The position numbers were made by a program, and so were the translations under genes. This document shows positions 46,265-55,852 of a stretch of 63,492 bases of DNA, piece by piece (the first letter of the stretch is position 1; each line of letters begins with the position of its first letter). Below the pieces are notes generated by a model. It did no database searches, was not told the origin of the DNA, and saw only the letters and a list, made by a program, of their open reading frames with translations. Source of the stretch: an uncultured Clostridia bacterium (GTDB taxonomy: Bacteria; Bacillota; Clostridia; Christensenellales; UBA1242); NCBI GenBank assembly GCA_937893125.1, contig CALBHW010000025.1, positions 1-63,492 on the forward strand, given 5' to 3'.

Positions 46265-46639
46265 ATGAATAAATTTGTTTTTGCACCAAGAAGATGCGTA
46301 ATTTCAAATAACGAAATACAAAGCGTTGTCGCATACATTCCTTACCCTGCCGAAGTGCAAGGAAAACACGAGGTCGAAGGAAATTTCGTGTATGAGGTGA
46401 AATTTGCAAAAACGAGTTCCAAACCTAACAAAAATATTAAAGCACTAAACTATGACATCGTTGACCATATTTTTGACAATGTTGACGATTGTATTGTTTG
46501 TTGCCAAAATGTAAATAAAGTCATTTGGGACGCTTTCGTTTTTAATTGCAACTATGACGATTACAAACGCGATATTGAACAAATTAACGACTATCTTATT
46601 GGTAAAAAAACCCCAAAAGAAGTTGAAAGATGTATGTAG
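46265..46639 (+). CDS. Hypothetical Cys-containing small protein
   Basis: 124-aa ORF from the ATG at 46265 (AAAGG RBS). No recognisable motif. Confidence 0.5.
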   Translation: MNKFVFAPRRCVISNNEIQSVVAYIPYPAEVQGKHEVEGNFVYEVKFAKTSSKPNKNIKALNYDIVDHIFDNVDDCIVCCQNVNKVIWDAFVFNCNYDDYKRDIEQINDYLIGKKTPKEVERCM

Positions 46640-46756
46640 TTCCATAATCTTTAATACCAAAAAAAATAGCTTTCCTATTCCCTTTTCAATTTTCAAAGCC
46701 CAATCAAAATTGATAAGTTATTTATCGCAAATAATAATGAACTAAATAGAATACAT

Positions 46757-46788
46757 AAAAACAAGTCGCATTGGCGCGACTTGTTTTT
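46757..46788. terminator. Bidirectional terminator between the hypothetical gene and aspS
   Basis: AAAAACAAGTCGC-attggc-GCGACTTGTTTTT. Confidence 0.65.
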
Positions 46789-46857
46789 TGTAATTAACAT
46801 TTTAATTCTTTACTTTATCATTTTTTTGTATTAAAAGTTGGCACTGCTCATTTTTAA

Positions 46858-48609
46858 TTATAAATCAATTTTAATATGAACATCTTTTAATTGTTTATCA
46901 GTAACATTGCTTGGCGCGCCCATAAGCGGATCTTGTGCCGACTTATTCATTGGGAATGCCATAACTTCTTTTATGCTACTTTCATCGCACAAGAACATAA
47001 GTAGTCTATCAAAACCAATCGCTGCCCCCGCGTGTGGTGGCGCCCCAAACTTGAACGCGTTAAACAATGCTGGGAATTTTTCTTCGACGGTTTCTCTTGG
47101 ATAACCCGCGAGCCTAAATGCTTCAACCATAACATCTCTACTGTGATTTCTCACTGCTCCGCTTGCAAGTTCGACACCATTTAGAACAAGGTCATATTGA
47201 TATGCCAAGATATCAAATGGATTCATTTCTTTAAGAGCCGACATTCCGCCTTGTGGGAAAGTAAATGGATTATGAGCAAACGCAACATTGCCGTCATCAT
47301 CCTTTTCGTAAAAAGGAAAATCGACAATAAAGCAAGGTTTAAAGCACGACTTATCAATCAAATTTAACTTTTCACCGAGTTCGTTTCTAAGAAGCCCAGT
47401 CAACTTCATGGCCTTTTCTTTATCCGCATCGCACACGACAAACAATGTGTCACCTGCTTCAAGTCCAGCGATTTTTTTCAAATTATTCAAATCATTTTCA
47501 TCAAAATATTTTGACGCTGGCCCCGACAAACTTTCACCGTCAAATTTCAAATAAACTAGTCCACCCGCACCTTGAAGTTTGATAAAATCGGTCAAACCGT
47601 CAAAAAACCTTCTGCCCATTTCATTCGCTTTTGCCTTCAAAGCATAAATGTGCTTACCATTTAAAACTGTAAATGTATGGTGCGTAAATGGTTCGGTCAA
47701 ACAAATAAGCTTCAATGGATTTCTAAGGTCTGGCTTATCTGAACCATACATTTCCATCGAATCATTATATTTTATCCTAACAAACGGTGGTTTATCTACT
47801 TGAAGAGTTGTAAAGTGAGTTAGTGTATTATATAATATTGTTTGCAATACTTCCAAAATATCTTCTTGCGACAAGAAACTTCCTTCAAAGTCAATTTGAT
47901 AAAATTCTGTTGGACTTCTATCCGCACGCGCATCTTCGTCCCTAAAACAAGGCGCAATTTGGAAATATCTTGTAAACCCACTTATCATAAGAAGCTGTTT
48001 AAAAATTTGTGGGCTTTGTGGAAGAGCATAAAATTGTCCCGCGTTAATTCTACTTGGAACAAGATAGTCTCTTGCTCCTTCTGGGCTAGATGATGTCAAA
48101 ATTGGAGTTTGAACTTCAACAAATTCAAGGTCATTCATTTGTTCCCTTATAAACTTCAATAAATCAGCTCTAAGCAAAATATTTTTGTAATTTTGTTCAT
48201 TTCTAAGGTCGATATATCTATATTTTAATCTTGTATTTTCGTTTTGTTCCCTTGCTCTCACAATTTCAAAAGGCAAAGTCTCTTCGCACGCGCCAAGAAC
48301 TTCGAGAGTTTTTGCCACAACTTCAATTTCGCCAGTTGCCATATCGTGGTTAATATTTTTTTCTCCCCTAGACCTGACTGTGCCAGAAATCGTAACAGTA
48401 CTTTCTCTCGTCAAATTTTGCGTCAAACTATCGTCTTCGATAAAAACTTGCACAATTCCCGTTTGGTCACGCAATGTTAAAAAGGTCAAACTTCCCATTT
48501 TTCTAATATTATTGACCCAACCTGCGATTTTAACTTCTGCCCCGATATGTTTGCTCGACAACTTTCCGCACATATGAGAACGATACAAATTATTCTTTAA
48601 ACTAATCAT
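46858..48609 (-). CDS. aspS: Aspartyl-tRNA synthetase
   Basis: 583 aa with an OB anticodon-binding N-terminus and class II motifs (FRDEDARADR, GAAIGFDRL). Confidence 0.95.
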   Translation of the reverse strand: MISLKNNLYRSHMCGKLSSKHIGAEVKIAGWVNNIRKMGSLTFLTLRDQTGIVQVFIEDDSLTQNLTRESTVTISGTVRSRGEKNINHDMATGEIEVVAKTLEVLGACEETLPFEIVRAREQNENTRLKYRYIDLRNEQNYKNILLRADLLKFIREQMNDLEFVEVQTPILTSSSPEGARDYLVPSRINAGQFYALPQSPQIFKQLLMISGFTRYFQIAPCFRDEDARADRSPTEFYQIDFEGSFLSQEDILEVLQTILYNTLTHFTTLQVDKPPFVRIKYNDSMEMYGSDKPDLRNPLKLICLTEPFTHHTFTVLNGKHIYALKAKANEMGRRFFDGLTDFIKLQGAGGLVYLKFDGESLSGPASKYFDENDLNNLKKIAGLEAGDTLFVVCDADKEKAMKLTGLLRNELGEKLNLIDKSCFKPCFIVDFPFYEKDDDGNVAFAHNPFTFPQGGMSALKEMNPFDILAYQYDLVLNGVELASGAVRNHSRDVMVEAFRLAGYPRETVEEKFPALFNAFKFGAPPHAGAAIGFDRLLMFLCDESSIKEVMAFPMNKSAQDPLMGAPSNVTDKQLKDVHIKIDL

Positions 48610-48997
48610 TTTTGTCCCTTTTTCACTTTTTTTACGTAAAATGTCAATTTTGTAAAATTTGTAAGAATCTTTTTATAAAATATGATGCCAATAAAAATTG
48701 CAAATAAATATAACTTTTACCTATTTACACATAACTCGCATAGTAGGACTTTTTCCTTACGAATTATACAAAATTTACGCTATTATTATAACTTTTTGAT
48801 TTGTTTTTGTAAACAGAAAAAATCTTATTTTTATCAATTTTTCTTTAAAAATCTTTCTTTTTATGTTATTTTTGTCGTTTAAAACCATAAAAAAGAGAAC
48901 TTTTTGCATTTTTTAGTGCAAAATGACAAATATTTTATTTGATATTGAAATTTTTAATATTTTATAGTAAAATATAATCAACAAAAGGGGAAAAATT

Positions 48998-49396
48998 ATG
49001 TCTGAGAAAAAACCTATGGGGAAAATTAAACGCGGATTACTTGTCAGCGCACCACTTGTTGTTGGAATGGCTATTGCCGTTTATGTTTGGGGCGGAAGCG
49101 TATTAAAATGTAAAAATCCAAACAAATCAACGTTAAAGGCTACTACACTTGAAAGAAAAATAGATAATAAGCAATCCAAGGCAACAAACCCAATAGTTTT
49201 GAGTCACGGCGAAAAAATTATCCTAGAAAATTACGGAAAAGATGTTATTTTTGAGAAAAAGGAAAAACAAGAATCTTCAAGTAAACAAATTGTTCAAAAG
49301 GATGATTGGACTCTTGATGTAAAAGTCTCAACAAAGAATAAAGACGGCAATCCAAACAATAAGCAAGTAAATATTGGTCTCGACTTTAATTTTTAA
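48998..49396 (+). CDS. Hypothetical membrane-anchored protein
   Basis: 132 aa with an AAGGGG RBS and one N-terminal TM. Confidence 0.55.
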   Translation: MSEKKPMGKIKRGLLVSAPLVVGMAIAVYVWGGSVLKCKNPNKSTLKATTLERKIDNKQSKATNPIVLSHGEKIILENYGKDVIFEKKEKQESSSKQIVQKDDWTLDVKVSTKNKDGNPNNKQVNIGLDFNF

Positions 49397-49529
49397 GCTT
49401 TAATGACAAACGATATTTTTTTGTTAGTGCAAAGTGACAAAGAAAATAATTCAATATTGACAAGTTAACTTGTTTGATATATAATTTATCCATAAAATAA
49501 AAGATTGAGTTTTAAAAGGGGTATTTAAA

Positions 49530-51128
49530 ATGAATGAAAAAAAGATGCAATCATATGACAAATATACATACGACAAAAAAGTAAAGATTAAAGGTATTAT
49601 AAAAACCGCAATGATTGTTGTGGCAGCGGCAAGTTTGACGCTTACATCATACACACTTTTTACATCTAAAAAGAGTGCCGAAAAAGCAAACGAAAAAAAG
49701 CCAGCTGTTGAGCTTGTTCAAAACGAACAAGTAAACTTTGTTGCGCCTACAAAGCTCGTTATGGAACAAAAGAGCACCGAGATGGAAACAATCGGACATA
49801 TGCAAGCAATGACAGACAGCCTTAAAGAAGAAATCAAAGATCAAAGTGCTAAAACTTCAAACGAAATCTCAAGTCTCAAAGAAGATGTTTCTTCTTATGC
49901 TTCGCAAGTCCAAGAAAACAATTCAAAGTTAGACCAACTTGGCAAAAATGTAGACGCTCTTCACGGCGATGTTTCTTCCCTTGGCAACAATGTAAACGCT
50001 CTTCATAGCGACGTCTCTTCACTTGGTTCAAATGTAGATGCACTTCACGGCGACGTCTCTTCTCTTGGCGACAATGTCAGCAACATTGAAAACAAAGTAG
50101 AAGAATATCAATCGACGCTTGACAATAAAGTTGAAGAAGCAGTTAGAAAAATTGAAGAAAACAGACGAATTGAACTTGAAGCAAAACAAGCACAAGAAGT
50201 TCAAGACGCAACTACCCCAGTTGCCGAAGCTGAAGAAAATATTGTAGTAGAACCTATTGTTCAAGAAGAAACGCAAAATGTTGATTTTGAAGTTGCTCCA
50301 ACAGATATTGAAGCGCCAGTCGAAGCGGAAGAAAATCTTGAACAACCTGTTGAAGAAGCGGAACAAATTGTTGAAACAGAACAACCTGCAGTTGAACCAA
50401 CAGAAGAAGTTGCCGAAGAAAAATCAAAGCTCGCTTCGTCCACAATTGACCATTTTAAGAGAGAGTCAAGTTCAACTCACGCGGTTGATACAGGCGTTTC
50501 TTATAAGGATAGCACTTTAGCGGCGGCTGCCCTTTACAACAACATCATTACAACAAAAGAAAATGGTCAAGATGTCAGTTCTCTTGGAATTTATGGCGGT
50601 GTCGCATATGCAAACGGCAATTTAAAAACAAATTCTGTTGACTTAACTGCTGGCGCGATGTATAAAACAAAAACTGACAAAGGGCTCGTTACTTCGGTTG
50701 GCGGACAATTTACATCTTCTATCAACCCTAAGGCAGAAATTTCTCCAACAATTGAAATCAATGCTGGGCTTGGAAACATCAAAGTCGGCAAAAATGCGAC
50801 TCTTGATATTAACGCAGGATTTATGGCTGGTGGTTCAAATAGCGATAATTCCCCTTCTGGAAAAGTTACGGGAAGAATCTCTTGGGGCTCAAACTCATCT
50901 CAACTTAGTGACGATGTCAGGCTTTATGAGTTAAAGGATAAAATCAACAATGTTATTGAAAATGCAACTGCAAATAACAAAAAGTTTGCTAATATAAAAA
51001 ATGCAATCCAAACCCCTGATAATCCAACCCCTAATCCAACCCCTAACCCTAACCCTAACCCTACCCCAGAAACGGGTGCGCTCACACCAAATACTGACCA
51101 TCCAGAAACACCAGAATTTAATTTCTAA
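49530..51128 (+). CDS. Membrane-anchored repeat protein (coiled-coil 14-aa repeats, acidic linker, C-terminal Pro-Asn-Pro-Thr tail)
   Basis: 532 aa with an AAGGGG RBS and an N-terminal TM. Contains (LGxNVxALHxDVSS)x3.5, a Glu-rich segment and PNPTPNPTPNPNPNPTP. Confidence 0.7.
   Translation: MNEKKMQSYDKYTYDKKVKIKGIIKTAMIVVAAASLTLTSYTLFTSKKSAEKANEKKPAVELVQNEQVNFVAPTKLVMEQKSTEMETIGHMQAMTDSLKEEIKDQSAKTSNEISSLKEDVSSYASQVQENNSKLDQLGKNVDALHGDVSSLGNNVNALHSDVSSLGSNVDALHGDVSSLGDNVSNIENKVEEYQSTLDNKVEEAVRKIEENRRIELEAKQAQEVQDATTPVAEAEENIVVEPIVQEETQNVDFEVAPTDIEAPVEAEENLEQPVEEAEQIVETEQPAVEPTEEVAEEKSKLASSTIDHFKRESSSTHAVDTGVSYKDSTLAAAALYNNIITTKENGQDVSSLGIYGGVAYANGNLKTNSVDLTAGAMYKTKTDKGLVTSVGGQFTSSINPKAEISPTIEINAGLGNIKVGKNATLDINAGFMAGGSNSDNSPSGKVTGRISWGSNSSQLSDDVRLYELKDKINNVIENATANNKKFANIKNAIQTPDNPTPNPTPNPNPNPTPETGALTPNTDHPETPEFNF
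49938..50080 (+). repeat. 42-bp in-frame tandem repeat, about 3.4 units
   Basis: Units at 49938-49979, 49980-50021 and 50022-50063, plus a partial fourth. Confidence 0.85.
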
Positions 51129-51228
51129 TACTTGAATTTTCTTATATATGCTAGATAACAATAAGCATCATTATGATGGCATTAAAAATTTCGATTGTTT
51201 CAAAAAATTATTGAATTTATAAAAGACA

Positions 51229-51257
51229 AAAAATCTCGGTTTAATCCCGAGATTTTT
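51229..51257 (+). terminator. Terminator after the repeat protein gene
   Basis: AAAAATCTCGG-tttaatc-CCGAGATTTTT. Confidence 0.7.
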
Positions 51258-51373
51258 TATGTAATAATGTACTGTAAATACTTTTTTTTAGATTTCACAA
51301 AAATTCTTTTATAATCAAATTCATTTTAGCTAAAATCAGTTCAGAAATTTATACAACTCTTTAAAATATATTT

Positions 51374-52600
51374 CTAACCTTTTCTATTTTGCAAGTAGTC
51401 ATTAACTGCTAGTTTTACATGCTCATAAGTAAGTCCACCTTGAATGTAAAGAACATAAGGAACCGTAAGTGGGCTGTCGCAACTAAGCTCTATTGTACTT
51501 CCTTGAACGAAACAGCCCGCCGCCATAACAACATCGTGCGTATATCCCGCCATTGGTGCTGGAATAGGAGTCACATAACTATCAACTGGTGAATAATGTT
51601 GCACAGACCCACAGAATGAAACAAGATCGTCTTTGTCCTCAAAATATACACTGCGTACAATGTCAGCCATAGTATCGCTTTCGTCGACAAGTTTATATCC
51701 TAAATTTTTCATAACACGCCCAATAAGCATTGAGCCTTTTTTTGCTTGTAAAACAGTGTGTGGTGACATAAAAAGTCCTTGATAAATAAGCCTATATCCA
51801 CCTTCAAAAGAGCCAACTTCTGTTTTGATTGAAGGCGAAGTAAATCTTCCAGCAATAAGGTCAATATATTTCTTCTTCCCCGCAATGTATCCGCCGTTTG
51901 AAACAAGTCCACCGCCTGGGTTTTTAATAAGCGACCCCGCCGTTACATCCGCGCCGACTTCGGTTGGCTCTTTTTCTTCGACAAATTCGCAGTAGCAATT
52001 GTCAACCATAATTATGCTTGTAGTGTTAACCTTTCTAATCTTTGCAATAATGTCCTCAAGGTCTTTTATTCTAATTGCCTTTCTAAGCAAATAACCACAC
52101 GAACGTTGGATGTAAATCATTTTTGGATTTTCTTTGACTTTTTCCAAAATTGTCTTTTCGTCAAACTTTCCGTCTATGAGTTCAATTGCCTCATATTGAA
52201 CACCAAAATCCTTTAAGCTTCCATTATCAGTTCCATCTTTTAATCCAAAAATTGTTTCATCTAATGTGTCATATGGCTTACCCGTCAATGTAAGCATTTT
52301 ATCTCCTGGACGCAAAAGCCCATACAAAACAGTAGTCAACGCTTCAGTTCCGCACGAAATTGATTGGGACACAATTGCCTCTTCCGCGCCAAAGCTGTCA
52401 GCAAAAACACGCATAAGTTTTTCCCTTCCAAGGTCATCAAACCCATACCCTGTCGACCCATAAAAGTGGTTGGCTGAAATGCGATTTTTCCTAAACGCAT
52501 TCAAAATTTTATTTGTGTTGTTTAACGCTACTTCTTCCGCTTTTTTAAAAATTGGCTCTAGTTCTTTTTCTGCTTGTATAATTCTTTCATCAATAATCAT
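51374..52600 (-). CDS. PLP-dependent enzyme of the YnbB / aluminium-resistance (Met gamma-lyase-like) family
   Basis: 408 aa. Its position after mutS-mutL-miaA matches the family's usual neighbourhood in Firmicutes. Family-like length and N-terminal region. Confidence 0.7.
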   Translation of the reverse strand: MIIDERIIQAEKELEPIFKKAEEVALNNTNKILNAFRKNRISANHFYGSTGYGFDDLGREKLMRVFADSFGAEEAIVSQSISCGTEALTTVLYGLLRPGDKMLTLTGKPYDTLDETIFGLKDGTDNGSLKDFGVQYEAIELIDGKFDEKTILEKVKENPKMIYIQRSCGYLLRKAIRIKDLEDIIAKIRKVNTTSIIMVDNCYCEFVEEKEPTEVGADVTAGSLIKNPGGGLVSNGGYIAGKKKYIDLIAGRFTSPSIKTEVGSFEGGYRLIYQGLFMSPHTVLQAKKGSMLIGRVMKNLGYKLVDESDTMADIVRSVYFEDKDDLVSFCGSVQHYSPVDSYVTPIPAPMAGYTHDVVMAAGCFVQGSTIELSCDSPLTVPYVLYIQGGLTYEHVKLAVNDYLQNRKG

Positions 52601-52725
52601 TTTTCTTCCTTCTTCTATCCTACTATAACTTTTTTATTAAAAATGGACAAATATTCTAAAACATTTTTTAAAAATACTTTCCTATTTTTGTTTTTTCATA
52701 TTTTTTACTCTTTTTGTAAAATTTA

Positions 52726-53631
52726 CTAAGTAAATTGCTTTAAAGCAAACAAAAGTGCTTCTTTTTTGTCATCAAACCACTTTGCATCGCTAAATCCGCG
52801 AATAAATGTTTCTTGACGCTTTGCGTAATTTCTTGAATTCTTTTTTATGAGTTCTTTTGTCTCAGTAAGAGTCCTTTTACCTTCAAAATAATCAAAAAAT
52901 TCTTTATATCCAATTGCGCTCATCGATTGCGAATTTTGATTGACTTTTCCCTTTTTTACAAGGCTTTCAACTTCATTTTCAAGCCCCATTTCAAACATCA
53001 AATCTACTCGTTTGTTTATCCTTTCATACAATTTTTCGCGTGGCATAGTAAGTGCAATAAGCACATAATCATAACGCGGTTTGATTTCTTCTATTGTTTG
53101 TTCGCTCTTTGGTTTTCCTGTCGTTTTAAAAATTTCAAGCGCGCGAATAACTCTTTTTGTGTCATTTTTGTGTATTTTTTGGACGGACTCCTTGTCGACT
53201 TTTTCAAGTAGTGAATACAAATAGTCACTGCCTTTTTCGTCTAAAATCTTATTTAACTCGTCACGCACCTTTTCGTCTTTTTTTGACGAACAAAATGAAT
53301 ATGGATATATAAGTGACCTTATATAAAGCCCCGTCCCGCCGACAATTATTGGGAGTTTTCCGCGTGATTCAATTTCCTTTATTTTTTCACCCGCAAGCGA
53401 CACGAACTGCTGTACACTAAATTCTTCCCCAGCGTCCACAATATCAATTAAGTGGTGCGGGACAGCATTTTGTTCTTCCAAAGTGGGTTTTGCAGTCCCG
53501 ATGTCGAGTGAGCGGTATATTTGCATTGAATCGCACGAAATGATTTCACCATTTAACCTTTTTGCGCACTCAATCGCGAATGCCGTTTTGCCCGTTGCAG
53601 TTGCACCCGTTATAATTAAAATTTTTCCCAC
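52726..53631 (-). CDS. miaA: tRNA dimethylallyltransferase
   Basis: 301 aa with the P-loop GATATGKT and SCDSMQIY. Confidence 0.93.
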   Translation of the reverse strand: MGKILIITGATATGKTAFAIECAKRLNGEIISCDSMQIYRSLDIGTAKPTLEEQNAVPHHLIDIVDAGEEFSVQQFVSLAGEKIKEIESRGKLPIIVGGTGLYIRSLIYPYSFCSSKKDEKVRDELNKILDEKGSDYLYSLLEKVDKESVQKIHKNDTKRVIRALEIFKTTGKPKSEQTIEEIKPRYDYVLIALTMPREKLYERINKRVDLMFEMGLENEVESLVKKGKVNQNSQSMSAIGYKEFFDYFEGKRTLTETKELIKKNSRNYAKRQETFIRGFSDAKWFDDKKEALLFALKQFT

Positions 53632-53632
53632 A

Positions 53633-55741
53633 CTAAACTATCCTTTTAAACATTTTTTCAATCTCTGATTTGGATAGTTTAACACAAACAGGTCTCCCGT
53701 GTGGACAAAGTAAAATTCTATCCTTTCTCATAAGTTGAGCAATTAAAATCTTAATTTCTTCGTCACTCAAACGATTACCTGCTTTAACCGCCGACCTACA
53801 TGCGTGACGCGCGAGTTTATCTTTAATGGCATCATTATTTTTTGAAATTTTTGAAGTATCTTTTAAACAACTTGTGATAAAAGAGTCAAAATTTATACCT
53901 GACAATAGGTGTGGAAAACTACTAATTTTGTACGAATTTGTCCCGAAAGGTTCAACTTCAAATCCAAGTTCACGATAGACATCAAGGTTATCTTCAATCA
54001 AGTTTTTTTCAATTGGGTTAACTTCAAAAACATATGGAATAAGCAAATCTTGCGTAATAATCTTATGTTCTTCAAATTGCTTAACAAACTTGTCAAAAAG
54101 TACCCTTTCATGTCCCGCATGTTCGTCAATTATATAACACATTTCACCCATTTCTATAATAAGATATGTACTAAAAAGTGTCCCAACAATGTTATATAAA
54201 ATTTCGTCGTCAAGCACTTGTTGCTCTTTTCTCTCGATGAAAAAGTCAAGAGGATTTTCATTAGTTGGAGTCTCATCTTCCTTGCAAAAACTTGCCCCAA
54301 ACGCGTTGTTTTTACTAAATCCATTTTGGCTTTCCGCATTTTGTTGCGTGAAACTTTCAAGTGAAAAATCCTTCAATTTTGCCATATCCGAAATGAGAGT
54401 TTTATTTGTATCGCCCCGTTGTGCGTCAAGCGGTTCTTCATTTGGTTTTTCAAAATTGTCGCTCGTGTAAGGCGTTTTGGAAGATGAGTTATTGTCTCCT
54501 TCACTTCCTTCTTCTTCGCGCGGAATTATCTCATAATTTTTATCAGCACGAATGTATGTTGAATGTAACTCCGTAGTTGTAGGATTGACAGTATCAAGTG
54601 ACATATTTTTAAGTGAATCTTTCAAGTCCTGCATAGCCCCAAAACTGAACCCGCCAGAAACAAGTTCTAGTGGTTTTTCAACTTTTGGTTGTTCTTTTTT
54701 TTCAAAAGTGAACAAATCTTCACACTTTCCGTCCATAAAGGCTTTGGCGCAATTATTTTCATTTAAAGTTGTTAATATCGTAGAGTATATAAAGTTGTAA
54801 ATATTTTTTGAATCTTTGAACTTAATTTCCATTTTGCTTGGGTGGACATTTACATCAACATCATCAAGATTGACCTTTAAATTAAGGACAAAAAACGGAA
54901 ATTTTCCTTTCATAAGGAAATTTTCATAAGCATTTGCGCAAGCAACCGAAACAATGCTACTTGCAACATATCGCCCGTTTACGACCAATGTTTGATATGT
55001 TCTATTTGGCTTACAAAAAGTTGGGATTGATATGTAACCGCTCAAAACAAAATCGTCATTTGTTGCATTTATTTCTATAAGGTTTTCCGATGTTTGCTTG
55101 CCATAAACCATATAAATTCTCTCTTTCAACCCAATCCCAAGGCAATTATAAACCATTCTGCCGTCAACAATGTACTTAAATTTGACTTCTGGATTAGCGA
55201 GCATAAGGCGCGAAATAATGTTTGTAACTGAATTTTCTTCTTGGCGCGTTGGCTTTAAAAATTTAAGCCTAGCAGGAGTGTTAAAAAATAGATTTTTAAC
55301 AGATATTGATGTTCCATTATTTGCAGACCACTCAGTTATCTCTTGATTTTCACCACCTGAAATTGTAATTTTCCCAGCGACATCACTAGACTCAACTTTT
55401 GAAATAAGTTCAACTTGAGCAACACTTGCAATTGACGCGAGCGCCTCTCCGCGGAACCCCAGTGTTGCTATTGAATCAAGGTCATTTTTACTAGAAATTT
55501 TACTTGTTGCGTGTGGCAAAAAGACTTTATATAGTTCGCTATAATCAATTCCGCTTCCGTTGTCCGACACACGAATAAGTTTTGTCCCGCCGTTTTCTAT
55601 TTCAATTGTAATTTCGCTACTCCCAGCGTCTAGCGCATTTTCGACAAGTTCCTTTACAACACTTGAAGGATTTTCGACCACTTCACCAGCCGAAATTCTA
55701 TTGTAAATATCACTCGTCAAAAGGTTAATTTTTTTAGGCAT
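53633..55741 (-). CDS. mutL: DNA mismatch repair protein MutL
   Basis: GHKL ATPase motifs (VKELVENALDAG, GFRGEAL). The ATG at 55741 has an AAGGAG RBS. Confidence 0.93.
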   Translation of the reverse strand: MPKKINLLTSDIYNRISAGEVVENPSSVVKELVENALDAGSSEITIEIENGGTKLIRVSDNGSGIDYSELYKVFLPHATSKISSKNDLDSIATLGFRGEALASIASVAQVELISKVESSDVAGKITISGGENQEITEWSANNGTSISVKNLFFNTPARLKFLKPTRQEENSVTNIISRLMLANPEVKFKYIVDGRMVYNCLGIGLKERIYMVYGKQTSENLIEINATNDDFVLSGYISIPTFCKPNRTYQTLVVNGRYVASSIVSVACANAYENFLMKGKFPFFVLNLKVNLDDVDVNVHPSKMEIKFKDSKNIYNFIYSTILTTLNENNCAKAFMDGKCEDLFTFEKKEQPKVEKPLELVSGGFSFGAMQDLKDSLKNMSLDTVNPTTTELHSTYIRADKNYEIIPREEEGSEGDNNSSSKTPYTSDNFEKPNEEPLDAQRGDTNKTLISDMAKLKDFSLESFTQQNAESQNGFSKNNAFGASFCKEDETPTNENPLDFFIERKEQQVLDDEILYNIVGTLFSTYLIIEMGEMCYIIDEHAGHERVLFDKFVKQFEEHKIITQDLLIPYVFEVNPIEKNLIEDNLDVYRELGFEVEPFGTNSYKISSFPHLLSGINFDSFITSCLKDTSKISKNNDAIKDKLARHACRSAVKAGNRLSDEEIKILIAQLMRKDRILLCPHGRPVCVKLSKSEIEKMFKRIV

Positions 55742-55852
55742 AATTCTCCTTTTTTTATTTTTAGACAAGCAAAAACAAAGATGTTTAGGTAATTTATTTA
55801 ATTAAAGTTAAAATTTTAAAACAAATATAAACATCTTAAAAAGGCTTGTACT

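Noticed and set aside
48610-48997. An expected T-box leader upstream of aspS
   Set aside because: I found no GGTGGTACC-type T-box sequence or specifier/terminator arrangement in this 390-bp AT-rich region. Only pheST has a recognisable T-box in the window.
51041-51063. (CCCTAA)x3.8, the complement of the TTAGGG telomere repeat
   Set aside because: It lies in frame inside the 49530-51128 ORF and encodes PNPNPNP. It is only 23 nt long in a bacterial chromosome, so it is a coding microsatellite and not a telomeric sequence.
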